Made by a program: the position numbers and the translations under genes
Part shown: in pieces, positions 9,740 through 20,104 of the stretch
Layout of the letters: every line of letters starts with the position of its first letter
Numbering within the stretch: the first letter of the stretch is position 1
Notes under the pieces: generated by a model
What the model saw: only the letters and a program-made list of their open reading frames with translations
Database searches by the model: none
What the model was told of the DNA's origin: nothing
Source: an uncultured cyanobacterium
GTDB lineage: Bacteria > Cyanobacteriota > Cyanobacteriia > Pseudanabaenales > Pseudanabaenaceae
DNA: 64,000 nt
Reading direction: 5' to 3'
Assembly: GCA_963703315.1 (NCBI GenBank)
Contig: OY969811.1
Location: 2,368,001 to 2,432,000, forward strand

Positions 9740-9832
9740 AGATCTTCTTTTCCTAAAAAGTCTTTTAAATTAGCCAATATTGCTAGAAATTATTGCGGCA
9801 AGTTCCTAATGCATTGCGATCAACAAGGAAGG

Positions 9833-9925
9833 TTAAGTCATAAAAACCAAAAGAGAGTTGCGGCGCAAAGCGCTGCAACTCTCTTTTGGTTTTTGGGTTT
9901 GTTTTAACATAACTAGCGATCGCTA
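9833..9925. repeat. MITE-like repeat family A, copy 1 (long GC-AAA-GC hairpin with shared flanks)
   Basis: TTAAGTCATAAAAACCAAAAGAGAGTTGCGGCGC-AAA-GCGCTGCAACTCTCTTTTGGTTTTTGGGTTTGTTTTAACATAACTAGCGATCGCTA; flanks shared with 37311-37408 and 52077-52191. Confidence 0.75.
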
Positions 9926-10738
9926 CACTTTCATTTCTTAAGGCATTTTTAAAGTAATTTTAAGCTATTGATGTACCCAACGTAACTATGTATACCTACA
10001 GCGATCCTTGTTAATAAACAAACAAAAGCACTGAACCTTGCTTCTTCAGTTATAAAACCTAATTTTGGGACTTTATGGCTTAAACTAACAAGCGATCGCG
10101 TTTTTAGTTCAAAACTAAAAATCTGGCGCTGAAGAAGCGAAGATTTGTCAAGTAGTTCAATTAGATTAAGAATCTATAAGTTGTTTTGTAAATTTTTTAC
10201 TGCAAATTGTTAAAAAAAGCTTACACAGTTAAACATTTTGATTTAAAACGTTAAATGTAGTAAATCGGCGTAAAACAAAGATATAAAAAGCTTATATCTA
10301 CTAAAAACTATAATCCTCCCTCTTGCTATCCGTAGAAATGGAGGATAACTTAGGATCAATGATTCAGCAAAATCATTTTGTAGACTCAAAAAAGCTCTTG
10401 ATTGGGGATCAAGGTTCTCGGCAAAAACTATCTTTTGGCAGATATTTGTCAAAACTAGATTTTTACAGATTTTGGGGGCTTAGTTTACCGAATTGGTTGT
10501 TGACAAAGCATACTTTTGTATGCATTTAATCAAATTTACGCTTCAAATGCATACAAGTGCTTTTTTTACTGTTCACTATGAACTTGTCTGAAGGAAAAAA
10601 TCAAGGTAATTTATAGTGTGTAATTGCTCCTTGCTGAGTCGGTAGTCTGCCAAATTAAATTAGGCTAGATTATTCGATTCTATGTATTCTCACACTTGAT
10701 TTATCAGGAGCAAAGCTAGTTTTAGAGGAGGCAGTTTT

Positions 10739-13294
10739 TTGAAAAAGTTATCTTCCAAAGATGAGGATCTGACAACCAGTATTTCTCTGACACTTGGCGA
10801 AAAGGTGTCATCCTTGAAGGTACGTCGCTCGCTTGCAGTATTAGGATTTGCTCTATCCGCAGGGACTGTGGGGGTATTGGTTAGCCAGCAATCAGCGAAT
10901 AACAATCTTAAAGCTACACCTGTTGCAGCATCATCTCGTACTTTGACAGATGTCATGGCACAGAACCAAGATCTCAAGTACGAAATGGCACGTAGTGCGA
11001 TCGCGTCAGGGGCATGGGATAAAGCTCAAGGTGTGATTGTTCATGAAGTGCGTGAAGATGAAACCTTATGGAAATTAACTCAAATTTATCAAGTTGACGC
11101 AGCCGCGATCGCTGCTTCCAATAATATAAGCGCGAATACTGAATTACAGCCTGGAAGTAAGTTAGTGATTCCACCTGTGAATGGTTTGGTTCATAAGGTT
11201 AAGCCTGGTGATACGCTTGAAGACATTTCTAGCTATTACAATGTTCCTAAAACTGACATCATCAAGTTTACCTCTTTGACCTCTGGGGACTTTTTAGCGA
11301 TCGATCAGCCTTTGGTCATCCCTGGTAATGTCACGACATTGATGCAGGTCAAAGAAGGTCATGTTAAAAGACAGTTATTGGCTGAAAGAGAACGCTTAAT
11401 GCAGCGTTTGCAACAATTAGAGGGCAAAAAGGCGACAGCTACTCTCGTAAGTAACCCTTCTAAGACTAATGTTGCTGAAGAGGCGATCGCTAAACAACCT
11501 AAGCTTTTGTCTTACCGAGTCCAAAATGGTGACACTATTGAGACAATTGCCCGTCGTTATGGCATTACTCAAAAATCAATCATTGAGGCAAACAAGTTAG
11601 AAAATCCTCAATGGTTAGAGCTAAACCAAGAATTGAAGCTTCCTCAAGAACGCAATCTACCATCCACACAAACGATTGCATCTGCAAACGAAAAGCCAAT
11701 CAAGCAGGTACCATCGCCAGTAGCAACCTTGTCAGAGACGACCAGAGTTAATGCAACTAGTACTGCACCTAGAGAAGTTGAGCAAGTGAAGGTCGTGGCA
11801 GCGACACCAATGGTTCTGCCCAAGGAAACAGTAACTAAAATTGCAGCAGCAAATCGGGTTTCACCTTGGGACGGTCTTATGCAGTTAACGGGTACAGACG
11901 CTTCTGCAAATCTACCTAAGTCACCTGCTCAAGAACAGTCTTCGATTATGCCTGTAAAGGCAACATCTACACAAAACTTACCCGTTGCCAGCGAACCACC
12001 AGCACTTAAGGTTGCAGCATCACTTTTTCCCTTTGCACCTGACCAGCTATTGGGCGAGCTAGGTAACACTAGTACTAAGAAATCTGCAACATCGCCAACA
12101 GCTCTCAATTTGCCAGCAAGGTCAATCTCTACACCAGCGATTCCTGCGGCAAGTGCGGCTGAGCAGTACAGTACCAATCGTGCTGTACCTGTTGAAGCTA
12201 ATAGCTCTGCACAGCCTGTAGCTGAGCCAAAATTACAACTGTTCATCCCCAAAGTTGCTGCTGTGTTATCTGTCCCTCAGATACCTGCATTGGTAGTTAC
12301 CGAGCAGAAGGTTACTGCACGTAATACACCTGCGGAAACTGCAAATCAACCAGCAAGTGAGCCAACAGCCAAAACTTCACCAGTGGCAGCGATATCATCT
12401 CCAACTGTTCCTGCCAACCGAGCAACTGAGCAAAACAGTGAAACTAATGCAGTACCTGCAACTGTTGTGCCTCAGCCTGTGTCGGAGCCAAATGTCCAAG
12501 TTCCTGCCAAATTAGCAGCTACTCTTGCACCTAAAGTTCCTTCCGCAGATTCTGTTGAGCAGCAGCCATCAACAAATATTCAGCCTAATCAAGTTGCATT
12601 GCTTCCTGATCCTGAAGCAAGAATGTCTTCTCTAGAAGTTAAGCGTCTTGAGTCTGAAGTAACCCAACTGAATGCTAAGGTTCGTGATGCAGAAATTAAA
12701 GAAGCTGCTCGTAGGGCAGAAGAAGCTCGTAAGCTAGAGGCTGCCAAGATTGCGGCGGCAAACTTGAATGCAGCACCAAATCCCGATCGCAGTTTTGATG
12801 CAGGTCGTAGCGCGATCGCTAATCCTGGTGATCGGTCTGGAGTTACACCACAGTTACCCCAACTAACCGCTAGTGCCTACTTACCAGATGTCCAAGATTA
12901 TGGATTATCTACTGGTTTCATTTGGCCTGCTGATGGCGTATTTACCTCTGGCTATGGCTGGCGTTGGGGCAGAATTCACGCAGGTATTGATATCGCTGCT
13001 CCTATCGGTACGCCCATTTTGGCAGCCGCTTCAGGAGTAGTTGAGTATGCCACTTGGAATGATGGTGGTTATGGCAACATGATCGATATCCGTCATGCTG
13101 ATGGCACAATTACCAGATATGCCCACATGAATGAACTCTATGTCAAAGAAGGTCAGACCGTTAGCCAAGGTCAAACCATTGGCGCGATGGGTAGTACTGG
13201 ATTTAGTACAGGTCCTCACCTTCACTTTGAGATTCGTCCTAATGGTGGCAGTGCGATCGATCCAATGGCATTTCTAGCCAGCGCTAAAAGATAA
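10739..13294 (+). CDS. LysM-repeat / M23 peptidase (NlpD-like cell-wall hydrolase or activator)
   Basis: Three LysM domains, Pro/Ala/Ser/Thr-rich linker, C-terminal HAGIDIAAP...YAH...STGPHLHFE. Confidence 0.92.
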   Translation: MKKLSSKDEDLTTSISLTLGEKVSSLKVRRSLAVLGFALSAGTVGVLVSQQSANNNLKATPVAASSRTLTDVMAQNQDLKYEMARSAIASGAWDKAQGVIVHEVREDETLWKLTQIYQVDAAAIAASNNISANTELQPGSKLVIPPVNGLVHKVKPGDTLEDISSYYNVPKTDIIKFTSLTSGDFLAIDQPLVIPGNVTTLMQVKEGHVKRQLLAERERLMQRLQQLEGKKATATLVSNPSKTNVAEEAIAKQPKLLSYRVQNGDTIETIARRYGITQKSIIEANKLENPQWLELNQELKLPQERNLPSTQTIASANEKPIKQVPSPVATLSETTRVNATSTAPREVEQVKVVAATPMVLPKETVTKIAAANRVSPWDGLMQLTGTDASANLPKSPAQEQSSIMPVKATSTQNLPVASEPPALKVAASLFPFAPDQLLGELGNTSTKKSATSPTALNLPARSISTPAIPAASAAEQYSTNRAVPVEANSSAQPVAEPKLQLFIPKVAAVLSVPQIPALVVTEQKVTARNTPAETANQPASEPTAKTSPVAAISSPTVPANRATEQNSETNAVPATVVPQPVSEPNVQVPAKLAATLAPKVPSADSVEQQPSTNIQPNQVALLPDPEARMSSLEVKRLESEVTQLNAKVRDAEIKEAARRAEEARKLEAAKIAAANLNAAPNPDRSFDAGRSAIANPGDRSGVTPQLPQLTASAYLPDVQDYGLSTGFIWPADGVFTSGYGWRWGRIHAGIDIAAPIGTPILAAASGVVEYATWNDGGYGNMIDIRHADGTITRYAHMNELYVKEGQTVSQGQTIGAMGSTGFSTGPHLHFEIRPNGGSAIDPMAFLASAKR

Positions 13295-13323
13295 ATAAGT
13301 ATTGTGCGGCAAAGCCGTACAAC

Positions 13324-13376
13324 AAACCCAAGAGGTTGATAGAGGCGCAAAGCGCCTCTATCAACCTCTTGGGTTT
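13324..13376. repeat. GC-core hairpin with 25-bp perfect arms
   Basis: AAACCCAAGAGGTTGATAGAGGCGC-AAA-GCGCCTCTATCAACCTCTTGGGTTT. Confidence 0.85.
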
Positions 13377-13493
13377 TACTATATAAAAGAATGATGGGGT
13401 AGGCTTTGTGTGACCCATCATTCTTTTATAGTTTGTAGTTTTCTGCTAGAGTTAAAACAGCAAAAATTCTTCATAAATAAACAGGAAACGTTG

Positions 13494-14498
13494 ATGGCAA
13501 CGGATTTAGAGAGCTTAAAGGCTCAACTGCAATCTCTATCAGAACTCGCAACAAAATCAGTTGGAGATGTGCAAACTCTCGAAGAATTAGAGCAGATAAG
13601 AGTAGAGTATTTAGGTAAAAAAGGGTCTCTTTCGCAAATTTTAGGCGCAATGGGGAAACTCTCCGTCGAAGAACGTCCGCAGGTTGGCGCGATCGCCAAT
13701 CAGGTCAAACAAGTACTTCAGACACAACTAGAAGATCGTAAACTTGCCATTCAGCAGTCAGTACTTACCAAGCAATTAGAATCAGAAACTCTAGATGTGA
13801 CGATGCCGGGGATTTGGCGATCGCCTCAAGGTCGAATGCACCCCATCCAAAGCACTATTGATCGGATGCTGGATATCTTAGTGGGTATGGGTTTCACCGT
13901 TGCTCAAGGGCCTGAGATTGAAACTGATTATTACAACTTTGAGGCATTAAACACTCCCGCCGATCACCCTGCCCGTGATATGGCAGATACCCTTTATTTA
14001 AGTGATGGCAAACTATTGCGATCGCAGACTTCCTCAGTGCAGATTCGCTATATGGAAGAAAACGAACCACCATTACGCATTGCTTGCCCCGGTCGTGTAT
14101 ATCGCAAAGACGACATTGATGCCACACATTCACCAATTTTCCATCAAATCGAACTTCTTGCCGTCGAAGAAGGTTTAACCTTCGGCGATCTCAAAGGCAC
14201 TGTCAAAACCTTTGTCGAAGAATTACTAGGTGAATGTCCAATTCGCTTTCGTCCTAGTTACTTCCCCTTCACTGAGCCATCTGCTGAAGTCGATGTGATG
14301 TGGAATGGACGATGGCTAGAACTTGGTGGTTGCGGTATGGTTGATCCCAATGTATTTAAAGCTGTTGGTTACGATCCTGAAATAGTTACAGGCTTTGCTT
14401 GGGGATTTGGTGTAGACCGTGTGGCGATGGTTTTACATAAAATAGATGACATTCGCCGTCTATTTACGAGTGACTTGCGTTTCTTACGTCAGTTTTAA
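13494..14498 (+). CDS. pheS: Phenylalanine--tRNA ligase alpha subunit
   Basis: [41 protein letters not shown]; start taken at MATDLE. Confidence 0.97.
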   Translation: MATDLESLKAQLQSLSELATKSVGDVQTLEELEQIRVEYLGKKGSLSQILGAMGKLSVEERPQVGAIANQVKQVLQTQLEDRKLAIQQSVLTKQLESETLDVTMPGIWRSPQGRMHPIQSTIDRMLDILVGMGFTVAQGPEIETDYYNFEALNTPADHPARDMADTLYLSDGKLLRSQTSSVQIRYMEENEPPLRIACPGRVYRKDDIDATHSPIFHQIELLAVEEGLTFGDLKGTVKTFVEELLGECPIRFRPSYFPFTEPSAEVDVMWNGRWLELGGCGMVDPNVFKAVGYDPEIVTGFAWGFGVDRVAMVLHKIDDIRRLFTSDLRFLRQF

Positions 14499-14525
14499 GA
14501 ATTTATTTTTCTTGAGCAATATCAT

Positions 14526-16361
14526 ATGCAGAAAGTCTTCGCGTCCTTCCGAAGCCTAATTAAGGTTACTTCTTTTTGGCAAGAAAATCATGTTTTTCTG
14601 CAAGAGTTTAAGTATTTTTGGGGTATAGCCGTTCTTGCGGTTATATTCTCCTTTTTAGGGGCAATTTTTGAAGGCGCTGCACTAGCTGTAATCAATTCGT
14701 TCCTACAAGTTTTAACTAGTCCCGAAAAAACATCTATCAATTTAGGTATTGATTGGTTAAATTTATGGATATTTGGCTCACAATCTAGCATAAGTGATCG
14801 TCTTTCTCGGCTTGGATTTTTAGTCGTTCTTTTAGCTTGGCTAAGATCGACTTTTGCCTATTTAGGTCCAGTTTACGCCAAACTAACTGATGCATCTTTT
14901 GCTGACCGAATGCGGAAGTCCATGTTTGAGCAGTTAATTAGTCTGAGTCTGAGTTACTATTCCCAGACGCGATCAGGAGATTTAGTAAACTCTCTAAATA
15001 ACGAGATTGCAACTATTCAAAGAGGCTTTGGTGCTGCTTCAGCCTTTGCCATTAGAGGATCGACTCTAATTGTTTATATCATTGCCATGTTTTTGATATC
15101 TTGGCAGCTATCAATTGCCTCTCTAGGACTTTTTGCAATGCTGTCCGTGATGATATCCAGCTTTGTGGTAAGGGTAAGAGAAGCAAGTTTCCCAGTTTCA
15201 CAGGCTGGTGCTGATTTTACATCTACTGGTATTGAATTAATCAGCGCAATGCGAACAATTCAGACATCTTCCACCCAAGATTTTGAAAGAAATCGCTTCT
15301 ACAAAACTTCTGAAAAAGTTAAAAAAGCATTATTTCAACTGAATAAAGCCGTCGATCTTATACGTCCACTAGCAGAAGCCATTTCCACAACGATTTTAAT
15401 CTGTGTGATTGTTACTGCATTTAACATCTTTGTCGTAAGTGGTCAGTTGCAAACTGCTTCGCTGCTTACATTTATGTTCATCCTATTTAGGATGATGCCT
15501 TTAGTTGAGCAGGTAAATGGATTGAGAGTTGAAATAGGAAGCTATGGAGGATCGATCGCCAAGATTAAAGAGGTTTTAAATACGGAAGACAAAGTTTATC
15601 TCAAAGATGGCGATTTAGAGTTTACCAACCTCAAGAATTCGATTGATTTCTTTGCTGTTGACTTTAGTTACGATGCTCTCGACAAGCCTGTATTGCATAA
15701 CATCAATTTGTCAATTAAGCGTGGTCAAACTACTGCTCTAGTAGGTACTTCTGGAGCTGGTAAAACGACTTTAGCTGATTTAGTGCCAAGATTATACGAT
15801 CCGACACATGGAGTCATTTTTATTGATGGAATTGATTTAAAGAAGATTAGAATTAGTTCCTTGAGGAGCAAGATGGCGATTGTTAGCCAAAGCACATTTA
15901 TTTTTAATGCCTCCGTAAGCTATAACATTGCCTATGGAATAGAAAATATTTCTGAAGAGATGTTGTTCGAAGCGGCTCGGCAAGCCAATGCTCTCGAATT
16001 TATTTTAGATATGCCAAAAGGGTTTGATACTGTACTTGGCGATCGCGGCGTGCGCTTATCTGGTGGGCAATGTCAAAGAATTGCGATCGCACGTGCGTTA
16101 CTCCGCAAACCAGATATTTTGATTTTAGATGAAGCAACAAGTGCGCTTGATTCTGTTACAGAGCGCCTGATTCAAGAGTCGCTCGATCAGCTATCCAAAG
16201 GATGTACTGTGATTGCGATCGCCCATCGTCTTTCGACGATAGTTCGTGCCGATAAAGTGGTGGTACTTGAAAAGGGTAGAATCGTTGAAGAAGGCACATA
16301 TCAAGAACTAATTGCTAGAAAGGGTGCTTTATGGAATTACCATCAAATGCAAAATCAGTAG
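14526..16361 (+). CDS. ABC exporter, fused TMD-NBD (HepA/MsbA-like)
   Basis: Six-TM N-terminal domain, GTSGAGKTT Walker A, LSGGQCQR signature, ILILDEATSALD. Confidence 0.9.
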   Translation: MQKVFASFRSLIKVTSFWQENHVFLQEFKYFWGIAVLAVIFSFLGAIFEGAALAVINSFLQVLTSPEKTSINLGIDWLNLWIFGSQSSISDRLSRLGFLVVLLAWLRSTFAYLGPVYAKLTDASFADRMRKSMFEQLISLSLSYYSQTRSGDLVNSLNNEIATIQRGFGAASAFAIRGSTLIVYIIAMFLISWQLSIASLGLFAMLSVMISSFVVRVREASFPVSQAGADFTSTGIELISAMRTIQTSSTQDFERNRFYKTSEKVKKALFQLNKAVDLIRPLAEAISTTILICVIVTAFNIFVVSGQLQTASLLTFMFILFRMMPLVEQVNGLRVEIGSYGGSIAKIKEVLNTEDKVYLKDGDLEFTNLKNSIDFFAVDFSYDALDKPVLHNINLSIKRGQTTALVGTSGAGKTTLADLVPRLYDPTHGVIFIDGIDLKKIRISSLRSKMAIVSQSTFIFNASVSYNIAYGIENISEEMLFEAARQANALEFILDMPKGFDTVLGDRGVRLSGGQCQRIAIARALLRKPDILILDEATSALDSVTERLIQESLDQLSKGCTVIAIAHRLSTIVRADKVVVLEKGRIVEEGTYQELIARKGALWNYHQMQNQ

Positions 16362-16410
16362 GCTTAACTTCTTTTTGATATTCTATTTTCAAAAAGAATA
16401 TGTTAATTAT

Positions 16411-17358
16411 CTATTTGCGAATAGCCAGACAATACATATTCATACCAGTTTTAGTAGTTGAAGGTATAAAGGTTCTTACCATAGCCAATGCAATCTTGAG
16501 CTTTCGATTAAGGGGAGATAGCATAGATAGCTCTAGTCCTGATTTCTTGAGCTTTTTTGCTACCAGAATATTAGATAAACCGAGCCAATTGAAAGGTTCT
16601 TCAACATAACTTTGCAGTTCCCATCCAAATCTTGAAAGAATTGTTTCTGCCGCAACTTTATTCCATCTAGTTTGGTGATGCGGCGGGTAGTCCCATCCTT
16701 CCCTTCCCCCTACTTTGACTTCTTCAAGATTCATTGTCCATCGCTTAGGAGCAGGACAAGTAAAATGTAGAGAAGAACCTTTAGTCATAATTGGATAGAG
16801 ATCTTGAAAGAACATCGCCAAATCGTCTAAATGCTCAATTACATGAAAAAACGCAACAGCATCAAATTTCCTGTCTTGCAAGTTACTTTTAAGCTCCTTC
16901 AAATCCCAACAATGGGCATCCAAATGCTTTGATTGAGCGACTTCAATGGCTCTACGATTGAAATCTAGCCCCATACCACTATGACCTTGTGCAATCGCTA
17001 GTTCGAGAAAGTATCCTTCACCGCAACCAACTTCTAAAACATGGGAGTTAGGCTTTAAATTTTGGAAGCATTGTTGAAAATCCCAATCACGAATTCCATA
17101 ATTTTCTATCTCCGAATACCATTGACTTTGTGCCGTAAACATCGGATTAGCAAACTCTAACCCGCAATTACCACATTTATCTATATGAATGGAAGATGGA
17201 ATATCACCACGACTAATCATTTCAGTTAAAAGAGTTAATGCTGCCAAACTAATTCGTGAGTAATAGTTTGCAAGTTCTACTGTTGGTAAGTCCTGTACTG
17301 ACTTGATTTTCTGTGAATTACAAACTGGGCAAGAATGAATTTCTATTTCATTAGGCAT
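16411..17358 (-). CDS. Class I SAM-dependent methyltransferase (polysaccharide-locus type)
   Basis: CPVC...C..CG N-terminal motifs, VLEVGCGEG SAM motif, FHVIEHL, YPPHH. Confidence 0.85.
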   Translation of the reverse strand: MPNEIEIHSCPVCNSQKIKSVQDLPTVELANYYSRISLAALTLLTEMISRGDIPSSIHIDKCGNCGLEFANPMFTAQSQWYSEIENYGIRDWDFQQCFQNLKPNSHVLEVGCGEGYFLELAIAQGHSGMGLDFNRRAIEVAQSKHLDAHCWDLKELKSNLQDRKFDAVAFFHVIEHLDDLAMFFQDLYPIMTKGSSLHFTCPAPKRWTMNLEEVKVGGREGWDYPPHHQTRWNKVAAETILSRFGWELQSYVEEPFNWLGLSNILVAKKLKKSGLELSMLSPLNRKLKIALAMVRTFIPSTTKTGMNMYCLAIRK

Positions 17359-17448
17359 AGTTTTAGCTTTATATGAATTAGTTTGTTAAAAGCAACAGCT
17401 TCATTTTACATAGATGTGGTGATTATAGATGTCACTAATCTAGAACAC

Positions 17449-17501
17449 AAAACCAGAAGATGAGTGGCAGTGCTTTGCCCCGCCACTCATCTTCTGGTTT
17501 T
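17449..17501. repeat. GC-core hairpin (family A-like)
   Basis: AAAACCAGAAGATGAGTGGCAGTGC-TTT-GCCCCGCCACTCATCTTCTGGTTTT. Confidence 0.7.
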
Positions 17502-17670
17502 ATATTTGTTTTAGCATAGGTGTCTAAAACCATAACATATTAAATTTTTAGGTTTAAAAAACTACAAAAGTCATATAGTCAAATGTAATTCAAATATATA
17601 TACAGAACTTTCTTAGCTTTTACTATGCAAGAGCAAAAAGTTTTAATCCTAAATAAAGAACAGGCTCAAG

Positions 17671-18513
17671 ATGAACGATAAATCTACAGGATTTACCCCA
17701 GAACTAATAATTGAAGCAGGACGCACTGAGCGCCAATATTGGAAAGATTTATGGCGTTATCGGGAACTGTTTTATTTCTTGGCTTGGCGCGATATTTTGG
17801 TGCGCTATAAACAAACTGCGATCGGGGTTGCTTGGGCGTTGATTAGACCGTTTTTAACAATGGTTGTATTTACCGTAGTTTTCGGTCAACTTGCGAAATT
17901 GCCTTCGCAAGGAGTCCCTTATCCCATCCTAGTCTTTGCCGGTATGCTACCTTGGCAATTTTTCTCTAATGCCTTGAGTGAATGTAGTAATAGCTTGATT
18001 GGTAACGCTAATTTGATTTCTAAAGTTTACTTCCCTAGATTAATTGTTCCTACCAGTGCAGTAATCGTTAGTTTTGTAGACTTCTTGATTTCAGGAATGA
18101 TTCTATTAGGGTTGATGATTTGGTATAACTTTGTCCCTGATTGGCGTATTTTGACACTGCCTATTTTTATCCTAATTTCCTGTGCAGCTTCGATGGGTGT
18201 AGGGTTGTGGTTAGCAGCTTTAACAGTTCAATATCGAGATTTTAGGTTTGTTGTACCTTTTATCATCCAAGTTGGACTGTATATTTCTCCAGTAGGTTTT
18301 AGTAGTAACATCGTTCCAGAACAATGGCGCTTACTCTATTCATTAAATCCGATGGTAGGTGTAATTGATGGATTTCGATGGGCGATTCTCGGTGGCAAGG
18401 CGACTTTGCATCTATCGGGTTTCTTTCTGTCATTAGCTCTAGTCTTTTTATTGCTTTGGAGTGGTATTTGGTATTTTAGAAAAATGGAACGAACCTTTGC
18501 GGATGTAATTTAA
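17671..18513 (+). CDS. Polysaccharide ABC-2 transporter permease (Wzm/RfbA-like)
   Basis: WRYRELFYFLAWRDILVRYKQT, KVYFPRL, YRDFR, LNPMVGVIDGFR, ERTFADVI. Confidence 0.92.
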   Translation: MNDKSTGFTPELIIEAGRTERQYWKDLWRYRELFYFLAWRDILVRYKQTAIGVAWALIRPFLTMVVFTVVFGQLAKLPSQGVPYPILVFAGMLPWQFFSNALSECSNSLIGNANLISKVYFPRLIVPTSAVIVSFVDFLISGMILLGLMIWYNFVPDWRILTLPIFILISCAASMGVGLWLAALTVQYRDFRFVVPFIIQVGLYISPVGFSSNIVPEQWRLLYSLNPMVGVIDGFRWAILGGKATLHLSGFFLSLALVFLLLWSGIWYFRKMERTFADVI

Positions 18514-19925
18514 CCAAGCGCTGACACAAAGCGATCGCACTTAGCCAAAAATCTCTCTAGTAAATGAGTCTGTACACCGAAATGGAGATGTGTATAGGAG
18601 GCGTGGACTTGATATTTTTGCCAGCCTTCTGATGGATATTGTAAATGGGAGTCGTAGCCTTGCAGAGAATATAGAGGTTGATCGCTTGGTTCTGTTAAAG
18701 ATGATCGATGAAATTCATGTCCCCAAACCAAGTTCCCTTCATTAACTAAGGGACTATCCTGTAAAGCGATCGCCTGACGATATCCCAAAGTTAAACGCTT
18801 GCCCATTTTTGCTGCGGTCGGGAAAATGTTCACCATTGGAAAGGATTGATCTTGAAAATCGACAATGCGATCGCATAGATACATCAAGCCGCCACATTCG
18901 GCATAGGTGGGAATTCCTGATTTAATGGCAACTTGCACAGATTCTCTAGCGGTTTTATTTTCAGTTAATTCGGCAGCAAATACTTCAGGGAAACCGCCAC
19001 CGAAATACAAGCCTTGAATATTTTCAGGTAAGGCGCGATCGCTAATGGGACTCCAAGGTACTAATTCGGCTCCTAGTTCTTGAAACAAATCAAGATTGTC
19101 GGCGTAGTAAAAACTAAAAGCCCGATCTTGAGCGATCGCGATGCGAATTTTGCCCTCACCCCCAGCCCCTCTCCCAAGGGGAGAGGGGAGTAAGACTTGC
19201 TCCCCCTCTCCTGCGGGAGAGGGGGCTGGGGGGTGAGGACATTCCATTAATGGCAATAATTTTTCCCAATTAAAACAAGTTTCACCTAGATAAGCTAGTC
19301 GCTCAATAATTCCATCAAGATTTGACATTTCGGCAGTGGGAACTAGTCCTAGATGGCGATCGGGGATGGAGATATCATCTTGACGGCGGAGAACGCCTAA
19401 AATGGGTAAATTTAATGGTTCAAGGGCTTGCGTTAAGAGTTCTAAATGGCGATCACTACCCACGCGATTGAGAACAACACCTGCAATATGAATACGTGGA
19501 TCAAAGCTGCGGTATCCATGGGCGATCGCGGCAATGGATCGGGAAGTACTGGCACAGTTCAGAATCAAAACTACAGGTACATTTAGCAATCGAGCAATAT
19601 GGGCAGTACTAGCAGTATCATCTTTCCCTGTTGCGCCATCAAACAGCCCCATGACTCCTTCAATGAGCGCATATTTAGCATTTTGGCTATGCTTGGCAAA
19701 GCAAGATTGAATATAGCTTTCAGAAGTAAGAACGGGATCAAGATTACGGCAGGGTAACCCTGTAATGTAGGAATGAAACATCGGATCAATGTAATCTGGT
19801 CCTACTTTAAAAGACTGCACTGAGGATTGATCATCTGGCGATCGCGCTTTCATTGCGGCTAATAGCGCCAAAGTTACCGTGGTTTTTCCCACACCACTAC
19901 GTTCACCTGCGATAACAATTGCCAT
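18510..19925 (-). CDS. cobB: Cobyrinate a,c-diamide synthase
   Basis: SGVGKTT, FKVGPDYIDP, EGVMGLFDG, RHLGL, AFSFYY, YAECGGLMYL, GHEFH. Confidence 0.95.
   Translation of the reverse strand: MAIVIAGERSGVGKTTVTLALLAAMKARSPDDQSSVQSFKVGPDYIDPMFHSYITGLPCRNLDPVLTSESYIQSCFAKHSQNAKYALIEGVMGLFDGATGKDDTASTAHIARLLNVPVVLILNCASTSRSIAAIAHGYRSFDPRIHIAGVVLNRVGSDRHLELLTQALEPLNLPILGVLRRQDDISIPDRHLGLVPTAEMSNLDGIIERLAYLGETCFNWEKLLPLMECPHPPAPSPAGEGEQVLLPSPLGRGAGGEGKIRIAIAQDRAFSFYYADNLDLFQELGAELVPWSPISDRALPENIQGLYFGGGFPEVFAAELTENKTARESVQVAIKSGIPTYAECGGLMYLCDRIVDFQDQSFPMVNIFPTAAKMGKRLTLGYRQAIALQDSPLVNEGNLVWGHEFHRSSLTEPSDQPLYSLQGYDSHLQYPSEGWQKYQVHASYTHLHFGVQTHLLERFLAKCDRFVSALG
19153..19238. repeat. GC-rich palindromic element inserted in frame in cobB
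   Basis: CCCTCACCCCCAGCCCCTCTCCC-AA-GGGGAGAGGGGAG...CTCCCCCTCTCC-TGC-GGGAGAGGGGGCTGGGGGGTGAGG; encodes PHPPAPSPAGEGEQVLLPSPLGRGAGGEG. Confidence 0.8.
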
Positions 19926-19948
19926 TTATTGATGCATCCTCCTTTCCC

Positions 19949-20001
19949 AGTAAATAAGTTAGTAGTGCGCGGCTAAGCCGCGCACTACTAACTTATTTAC
20001 T
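19949..20001. repeat. GC-core hairpin with 25-bp perfect arms
   Basis: AGTAAATAAGTTAGTAGTGCGCGGC-TAA-GCCGCGCACTACTAACTTATTTACT. Confidence 0.85.
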
Positions 20002-20104
20002 TTACTATTGCTAAAAGCCAAAAGCTAATCAGTAATTGCTAAAAGCCAATCACCAAAAGCTATAATTACCAGACGGACAAAATTTTGAATAGTCTAGGTA
20101 ATCA

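Noticed and set aside
10243..10529. Two short opposite-strand ORFs in the AT-rich intergenic region
   Set aside because: Weak TTG starts, no recognisable features; cannot be supported
14526..16361. Calling the ABC exporter hepA as evidence of heterocysts
   Set aside because: HepA-like exporters also occur in non-heterocystous cyanobacteria; no other hep genes nearby
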